Below, piece by piece: positions 57,964 through 64,000 of a DNA stretch of 64,000 bases (positions are counted from its first letter, which is position 1; the number at the start of each line of letters is the position of its first letter). The stretch is from an uncultured virus (IMG/VR IMGVR_UViG_3300021399_000139) (lineage: Duplodnaviria > Heunggongvirae > Uroviricota > Caudoviricetes): IMG/VR virus record IMGVR_UViG_3300021399_000139; one strand, given 5' to 3'. The translations under genes were made by a program, and so were the position numbers. The notes beneath the pieces were generated by a model. The model did no database searches. It was given only the letters and a program-made list of their open reading frames with translations, and was not told the origin of the DNA.

Positions 57964-58425
57964 CTACATTGGATCATCCAAATGTGAATAAGTAGGAGCA
58001 TCTAGATCGATACCGATTAGGACTTCTGACCCTTTATTTTTCTCTAGAATAATATTTTTGCTAGCAATAATGTTATATCCTGCATCAGACAGTTCACATA
58101 TTTTTTCTAGAATAAGTCGTTCAAGCTTGTAGTCAAATTGTAGATTTATTGCCTCTATGCCTATAACAGGTACTCGAGTAACTGAATGATGACCTAAGTC
58201 AAATTGAATTTGCTTAGCGCTTTCCATAGTGTCATTACAGTATCTTAAACTGTCAAACGAACATCGTCCTAATGAAGGCATGTATGTTTGAACTTTGACT
58301 TTCCATTTAAGATGTGGTTGCCAATACTCTCCACCAGGCACATATGCCCACATAGTCCAAGCACCTTTTGAAACAAAAATGTTTCTAAATGCTAAATGTG
58401 ATGCATATAGTAGAGAGTTATTCAT
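57964..58425 (-). CDS. Hypothetical, DL-tag family
   Basis: SEVLIGIDL. Confidence 0.65.
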   Translation of the reverse strand: MNNSLLYASHLAFRNIFVSKGAWTMWAYVPGGEYWQPHLKWKVKVQTYMPSLGRCSFDSLRYCNDTMESAKQIQFDLGHHSVTRVPVIGIEAINLQFDYKLERLILEKICELSDAGYNIIASKNIILEKNKGSEVLIGIDLDAPTYSHLDDPM

Positions 58426-58519
58426 AGCAGCGCAATTTTATCAAAAAACCTAGAGTTCGTTAACTAAAAAGTCTAGAGAAAAATCTCTAGACTTTGCATT
58501 CTTCAGATATGTCTATCAA

Positions 58520-58966
58520 TTATTTTTGGTATTTCAATTGATATGCTCCAATGTCATCTATGCTGAGTATCTTTAGATGTCCAGGTATATTCTCTTTAAT
58601 TATTGCTGGACGATCACTAAACCATATTATAGGTTTTTCTTCGACTGTTGTCAAATCTACAAGTCTACGCTGTAGACTTATTTGACGGTCATTGTAGTTA
58701 GTTAGATTTCCAGTCCACCAATCTTTTTCTGGAACAACATATCTAACCAAAGTTACTGTCATGTTTGATGGATTAAAGTCTACGATTCTAGAATAGTCAT
58801 AGTCAATTGTTGCATATAGTGAATTGTCAGTGAAGTTTGTGACAACTAGATTTGACTTCTCTGCTGTGTCATAGTCAACAAATGTCAATCCTGTTGACGT
58901 CATGCAGCCTGTCAATGCCGCTAAAGCACATATGCCAATAAGATTTTTTAATGTTTTCTTGTTCAT
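58520..58966 (-). CDS. Putative lipoprotein
   Basis: Signal peptide with LTGC lipobox. Confidence 0.75.
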   Translation of the reverse strand: MNKKTLKNLIGICALAALTGCMTSTGLTFVDYDTAEKSNLVVTNFTDNSLYATIDYDYSRIVDFNPSNMTVTLVRYVVPEKDWWTGNLTNYNDRQISLQRRLVDLTTVEEKPIIWFSDRPAIIKENIPGHLKILSIDDIGAYQLKYQK

Positions 58967-58984
58967 AATTTTGTCCTTTTAACT

Positions 58985-59575
58985 TTAATAACTCAAATAT
59001 TTTCCTTCTAGTAGATTCTTCAAAAAATAGTCAGTGTCTAGAAATGACAATATCGCTTCAAGTTTTACAACATCAACTAGAAGTAGCTCTCCATTTTCAA
59101 GCATTGGCTTGACGTTTTTGTTGAATGTCTTCTAAGTGTCAAGCAGTCTATAGTATGTCTTTTTTGCTATCTACTTGAACATCTCAGACTTGAAGAAGTT
59201 GGCACGTTCTTCTACAGTCATTTCAGCTTTTGGAGAATTAGCTATCTCAACTTGCCAAAGTGCCTTGTTGTTGTCAAATCTAAGACTATATGCCATGTCA
59301 TCATCAACATTTACAAGCTTGAACTAGGCTATGTAGAAATACGAAGCTTCAACATCTTGGGTCAAACTCTTCTCTAGCTCATCTTTTTCTATCAAATGCT
59401 GGCCAACATCTTCAATTTGATCAGCTATAAACTTCCAATTCTGTCCAGAAGCAGAGCCAAAACATCTGGCAGACCTTAAGTCAAGTCCAGCAAAAGGTTC
59501 ATTTGACATAGTCTAGTCATCTATGTCATCAGCTTCAAAAAGCACTTTGTCAAATCTACTTACATCTATTGCCAT
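58985..59575 (-). CDS. 196 aa TAG-recoded hypothetical protein
   Basis: 4 in-frame TAGs; ends in TAA; GTAAATA at 59584. Confidence 0.8.
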
Positions 59576-59688
59576 AACAAGATTATTTACCTCACGTTGC
59601 AGCAAAACTTGAGGCTATGCAAAACAAGCCCTACTCATAAGTAGGGCTTACTTATAGCATATGCATTGATCTAGAAAAACTTAGGCTG

Positions 59689-60399
59689 TCAATTGCCTCC
59701 TCTCTTGAGGCTGTCAATCCAACCACACAGCTGTTCAAGAGCGCTCGACAGTCGATCATAGCCATTCTTAAGATGTTCACATTCCTTTGTCTTCTTGTCA
59801 AGTTCAGCAGCTGTGTTCTGCTGATACTCCTGCTTGCGTGCAATCTGCTCTTTTAGATCAGCATTCTCTATTCTTAGGCGAACAATCTCTTCTTCATTGC
59901 CATAGTCAATAGTCTTCTTAGGCTTGTCAACAATGTTGTCAATCTCGTCAGGTGCATTCTTTACTGGACTGCTAGCATCTGCATTTTCATTTTGCTTAGG
60001 CTGTGCACCATATGACTGTGTTACAATGTCAGCAAACATCTTGACAAGACCGTCAATATCAATCATGCGTGCCTTTTCAGTTTTGCTAGGCTGTGGCAAG
60101 CTAGCAAAATTAGGCACCTCTAGATCAGTGTTTTCATCGATAAGCCATTCAGCATAGTCTTTACCGTCATCAGTCAACCAATAGCCAGACGTGCCATTTA
60201 GAAGTCGACCAGACTTTATTAGGCCCTTGTTGCGCAGATTGTAGAATAGATTAGTTAAAGCCTTCTTGTCCTTTGCAATTCCATAGGCTATTGCGTCATC
60301 AATACAGCTTGCTATTGTCAACGTCTTAGTTGTTGCGCATTCATGCGAATACATGTAGATAAGTAGCTTGTTCTTCTTAGTGAGATCATTCCAAGTCAT
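59689..60399 (-). CDS. Winged-HTH + coiled-coil protein
   Basis: LRNKGLI...YWLTDDG; C-terminal heptads. Confidence 0.65.
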   Translation of the reverse strand: MTWNDLTKKNKLLIYMYSHECATTKTLTIASCIDDAIAYGIAKDKKALTNLFYNLRNKGLIKSGRLLNGTSGYWLTDDGKDYAEWLIDENTDLEVPNFASLPQPSKTEKARMIDIDGLVKMFADIVTQSYGAQPKQNENADASSPVKNAPDEIDNIVDKPKKTIDYGNEEEIVRLRIENADLKEQIARKQEYQQNTAAELDKKTKECEHLKNGYDRLSSALEQLCGWIDSLKRGGN

Positions 60400-60461
60400 T
60401 TTGTCTCCTTTTTAGTTTGTTGTTTAATTTGCTGTTTGCCAAAAACTTTAGGCTATTGATA

Positions 60462-61139
60462 TTAGACAAACTCCCACTTCTTATGGAGAATTCGGTCAAC
60501 AGCGACAGTCTTCTTTGTACGAGTGCCATAGTCCTTCTCAAGAAGGATGTTCTTGCTAGTCACATGGGCAATTGTGTCATAGATTGGCTCCTTCTTCCAA
60601 TTGTACCCAATGCGAAGCTTAGTTCCAACAACAAGCTTAGACTCAATCTCTTTGATGTTCTGAAAATACTCTTGCTCTTTGCGTTCACGTTCCATCTTCT
60701 CAAGCTCATAGCGAGCTTTATTGTATGCCCTGTATGCAGCTTTGTAGGCGCTTTCATCAAGAGCATCAAACCTCTTCTGGAGAGTCTTCAAACTAGAAGC
60801 AAGAGCTCCAGCAACAAGGTAGTAGTCAATAGCTGACTGGTCATTGCAGTCAAATGACCCAAACGTGCAGGTGTTCAGCTCAACTCTGCGCTTCTCGTCT
60901 TTGCTTTCCCAAGGAATGCGGAAGGAGATATCAATAGTACGGTTATGGCAGCTATGACAAGGGACAACAACTTCAGCAGACTCAAGACCATGCATCTTAA
61001 GAGAAGAAATATTGTCAATCTTCATCTCAGACATCACGCCAGAGATTATTGCTTGCATTTTGGCTTGAAGAGCATCTCGCTCAGCAAGATATGGCACCTT
61101 GAGCGATTCAACTTCTGCAAGAAGGGTGGCGTGGTCCAT
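60462..61139 (-). CDS. Hypothetical protein
   Basis: Early cassette and RBS before MDHATL. Confidence 0.75.
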   Translation of the reverse strand: MDHATLLAEVESLKVPYLAERDALQAKMQAIISGVMSEMKIDNISSLKMHGLESAEVVVPCHSCHNRTIDISFRIPWESKDEKRRVELNTCTFGSFDCNDQSAIDYYLVAGALASSLKTLQKRFDALDESAYKAAYRAYNKARYELEKMERERKEQEYFQNIKEIESKLVVGTKLRIGYNWKKEPIYDTIAHVTSKNILLEKDYGTRTKKTVAVDRILHKKWEFV

Positions 61140-61222
61140 CTGTTTTCTCCTTTGTTTGGTGGTTGTTGACAGTTGAATTATATCAAAAAGCCTAGAGTCT
61201 GTTAACTCTAGAACTGCAGATG

Positions 61223-61531
61223 TCAACTTGTTTCAAAGTTCCAGTCGAATCCAAGTGCAGACACATCAATTGAAATCTCAATCTTCACTGGAATGCTTGT
61301 CAATGAGTTCTTGTCTTCAAGATACTCCCAATAGCAAGTCTTCCAAAACTCAAGCGCAGTCTCTTTAGACTCAAACAAGTTGTCATATACACCCTCCTCC
61401 AACGGCGTGTCATGCACTACGCCATATCTTGTCCCTTCTGCAGTCTTATAGAAACCAAGAAAGTACTTGCGTCCTTTACGGTCGATAAGGCCAACTGTCC
61501 ATCCTTTGAATGTCTGTTTCATAGTGCTCAC
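61223..61531 (-). CDS. Hypothetical protein
   Basis: Coupled ORF. Confidence 0.65.
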   Translation of the reverse strand: MSTMKQTFKGWTVGLIDRKGRKYFLGFYKTAEGTRYGVVHDTPLEEGVYDNLFESKETALEFWKTCYWEYLEDKNSLTSIPVKIEISIDVSALGFDWNFETS

Positions 61532-61761
61532 TTGCTCCTCTTCAGGCGGTCATGTTCAATTGCGTACTGCATGTACTTGTTGATTGCGTTGTCAAGCTCT
61601 TCCCACCACTTGTCTTCAAGCTCAGGCTCTGTCTCATTCCTGATCTTAATCACTGCTTTGTACACCGCAGCATTCAGCTCAGCATCAGGAGCAAGCAGCT
61701 CCTCAAGCTCCTCTTCACGAGTCTTGGCTTCTAATGCAATTACTGAGTCAATCTTGACCAT
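61528..61761 (-). CDS. Hypothetical protein
   Basis: AAGGAG RBS. Confidence 0.65.
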   Translation of the reverse strand: MVKIDSVIALEAKTREEELEELLAPDAELNAAVYKAVIKIRNETEPELEDKWWEELDNAINKYMQYAIEHDRLKRSK

Positions 61762-61779
61762 AGGAGTTGTTCTCCTTTC

Positions 61780-61974
61780 TCAAACTATGTTGTTGCAAGA
61801 CACTGCTGGAGCATTAGCATTAGCGGGCTCATACTGCTTCTTGTTGTATGCTGACATTGCATCAAGCGTCTGCTGCAGCTCTTCAGCGTCTTTAGCGTAG
61901 ATCATCTGTCCATTTAGGTCACACCAAGCGCAATTGCCATCTTGATGGATGTACACTTTGACTGTCTTCATCAT
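61780..61974 (-). CDS. Hypothetical protein
   Basis: AAGGAG RBS. Confidence 0.65.
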   Translation of the reverse strand: MMKTVKVYIHQDGNCAWCDLNGQMIYAKDAEELQQTLDAMSAYNKKQYEPANANAPAVSCNNIV

Positions 61975-62009
61975 TGCTTCTCCTTTAAGTTCTTTTGCTC
62001 TGTTTTTTG

Positions 62010-62252
62010 TTATCTCAATGCTCTGATTTCTACATCATCAGCAAACAACTCTTTAGCGGGTTTAGATGACACAAGATGCACTATGTCAGTGTAGAATCCA
62101 GATGCTCCATCACTTGGCTCTCCACAGTTCACTAAGTCAAGAATTTCATTAGTTGTCTCTTTCTCAATGACTTGATACAGCTTTCCTTTTCTGAGAATCA
62201 AGACATGGTCATCTTTAGTGTCTTCAACGTGTGTGAATAGTTTTCTAGACAT
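62010..62252 (-). CDS. Hypothetical protein
   Basis: Early cassette upstream. Confidence 0.65.
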   Translation of the reverse strand: MSRKLFTHVEDTKDDHVLILRKGKLYQVIEKETTNEILDLVNCGEPSDGASGFYTDIVHLVSSKPAKELFADDVEIRALR

Positions 62253-62339
62253 AGATATAATCTTTCTTTAGTTGTTTGTTGACAGCGGAATTATATCAAA
62301 AAGCCTAGAGTCTGTTAACTCTAGGCTCAACTTATGTTG

Positions 62340-62804
62340 TCATACCCACTTTATTGTCCAATGCCATTTGAACCGTGCCATCTTCTCTTCACAGCCTCGC
62401 CAATTGTACTTCAAGCTAACTGTGTCATCTATGCCATCTATCTCAATTTGACCAATGGCTTTGAATGTTGTTGGGGCTTTTATCCAATGCTCTCCAGTCA
62501 CTTCTGCATCAGGAACCTGTCTTGAAGATGGTCTATGGACTTTGTTTGCCTTGAATAGACTATTGAGATCAAGAGGCACATGGACCCAAAACTTCAATCC
62601 ACGTGGGCATGAGATTGAGTCAGCAAGAGATGACACTGCACCATCAATAGATGTAGACACGCATATACGAGGGACTTTCCAGTCTTCACCTTCCATGACA
62701 CGCATCTTGTCCATTTGCCGCGGCTCAAGAGTCTTGCCATCTATGTTCTCTTCAGACAGATGGAATAGCTTGAATGGCTTGTCAAAATGGCGCTTGCTGT
62801 CCAT
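62340..62804 (-). CDS. Phage hypothetical protein
   Basis: FHLS...PRICVS...VPDAEVTGEHW. Confidence 0.7.
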   Translation of the reverse strand: MDSKRHFDKPFKLFHLSEENIDGKTLEPRQMDKMRVMEGEDWKVPRICVSTSIDGAVSSLADSISCPRGLKFWVHVPLDLNSLFKANKVHRPSSRQVPDAEVTGEHWIKAPTTFKAIGQIEIDGIDDTVSLKYNWRGCEEKMARFKWHWTIKWV

Positions 62805-62818
62805 TTGGTAATGTCGTC

Positions 62819-63061
62819 TTACCGTTGGTTGCTGCAGAAGCCATGATACGTGCAATTGAACCCTACTTCACAATACCGGCACAGGCCAAAGTCAGTGTTG
62901 CATATAGGTAGTTTGCCAGCTTCGCGCTTTTGGTACGCATTCACAAAATTACTATACACATGCGCAGAGCCAGTCTCTATGAGGTACTTGCTGAGCCACG
63001 ACCAGTCAGATGGGGTCATCGTCAGGTCTTTCATCTTCTGCGTTATGCCGTAGTAAGTCAT
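62819..63061 (-). CDS. Hypothetical protein
   Basis: Early cassette upstream. Confidence 0.65.
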   Translation of the reverse strand: MTYYGITQKMKDLTMTPSDWSWLSKYLIETGSAHVYSNFVNAYQKREAGKLPICNTDFGLCRYCEVGFNCTYHGFCSNQR

Positions 63062-63109
63062 TTGTTTTCTCTTTTAAGTTCTACTGACAGTCGAATTATA
63101 TCAAAAAGC

Positions 63110-63430
63110 CTAGACTTTGTTAACCAATGGAGTTAGACCATGCAAGTCTGCTGTTATGTGCAGCTCATCAAGCGAGTCAGATATGGCCAATGCTATTTGC
63201 TTGTCATAAGGATCTGAACAAATTTCAAGTACTACCCCATACAATACATATAGTTCTTTGTCAAGACTGTTGTATATCTTGCTTATTGTTAGACTGTCAA
63301 AGCAGAGAAAGTTTAAAGACCACCCTCTTAAGAAGTCTAATATTGTGAACTTCTCAATCTCATATCTATAGTATTCTTTAAAATTGCTGTTGTTGAAATC
63401 TATGCTAGTGAATATCATATTGTACTGCAC
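63110..63430 (-). CDS. Hypothetical, DL-tag family
   Basis: DSLDELHITADL. Confidence 0.65.
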   Translation of the reverse strand: MQYNMIFTSIDFNNSNFKEYYRYEIEKFTILDFLRGWSLNFLCFDSLTISKIYNSLDKELYVLYGVVLEICSDPYDKQIALAISDSLDELHITADLHGLTPLVNKV

Positions 63431-63525
63431 CCAAAAAGCTTAGGCTATACCATTAAAGCTGAGAAGGAATCCTTCTCAGCCACTTGACTACTCCAAAGTC
63501 AAGATTTTTGTCAACCAACTAGGAG

Positions 63526-64000
63526 TTATGCAAATTCATTTACTTTCTTCTCAGCATTGTCAAACTCATACTTCATCTCTTCTTCATCTACGCAGACAGG
63601 GATGCTAGTTCCACCTACCTCATCATAGTGAAGGTCAATCTCTTCGCCAAGGTTGTCATATACAGCTTCTGCTCCATATATTCCAAAACGAGCATCAACG
63701 CTCATCCACATACGCTGCTTCTCATCCCACTTCTCAACGATGATGCCATACACATGGCCATTGTACCAGTCTTCATAGAGGCGGTGCTCAATCTCAGCAA
63801 ACTCCTTGAGCTTCGGAAGAGTCCAGTAGGAAGGGTCTTCAGCAACCATCTCCTTGCAGCGCTCAGCTGTCGTGAAGAACCAGATAGACTCATGTCCATA
63901 CGGCTGGAACTTCCACTTGTAGAGAGCATTCTCAGGGATGTGGTCTTCGTCTTCAGCCTTCTCAAAGACAAGGTCTTCATTGTCGCAAGGCTCACGAGGA
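63526..64000 (-). CDS. Hypothetical protein, 3' part (5' end off window)
   Basis: YEDWYNGHVYGIIVE motif; frame open to the window edge. Confidence 0.65.
   Translation of the reverse strand, partial: PREPCDNEDLVFEKAEDEDHIPENALYKWKFQPYGHESIWFFTTAERCKEMVAEDPSYWTLPKLKEFAEIEHRLYEDWYNGHVYGIIVEKWDEKQRMWMSVDARFGIYGAEAVYDNLGEEIDLHYDEVGGTSIPVCVDEEEMKYEFDNAEKKVNEFA

Noticed and set aside
62340..62804. ADP-ribosyltransferase call
   Set aside because: The H...S...E spacing is only suggestive and cannot be supported without a profile search.
209..63348. Most + strand ORFs in the supplied track
   Set aside because: They are antisense shadows of - strand genes or overlap RNA genes, without RBS or recognisable motifs.

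Overview
A 64 kb segment of a large (jumbo-type) dsDNA phage that appears to use two genetic codes side by side. Most genes are on the - strand. They sit behind a repeated sigma70-like promoter (TTAACA-17nt-TATAAT with extended TG), have no in-frame TAG, and often end in TAG. At least nine interspersed genes are broken by in-frame TAGs and become full-length when TAG is read as Gln (code 15): TnpB, a kinase, a tail-fibre-like gene, a GIY-YIG endonuclease and others. Each of these transcription units has GTAAATA just upstream. Between 38.0 and 45.9 kb lies an RNA island: 16 tRNAs, a tmRNA, a pistol ribozyme, a 6S-like candidate and several unknown structured RNAs. The island also holds most of 10-12 copies of a 'wrapper' RNA (terminal stem + ACWGCAA) carrying circularly permuted tRNAs or tRNA fragments. 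One copy abuts the ancestral 3' end of a DUF2828/vWA (Ro60/TROVE-like) gene, which suggests a phage Ro/Y-RNA-like tRNA-mimic system. Upstream of the island is a candidate translational attenuator whose leader peptide uses exactly the 15 amino acids served by the tRNAs. Also present: about 27 divergent early proteins sharing a C-terminal 'EELxIxxDL' tag, a PspA-like operon, two RNA ligases, a MoxR/vWA pair and a split restriction-modification/helicase locus. All calls were made by eye without database searches.
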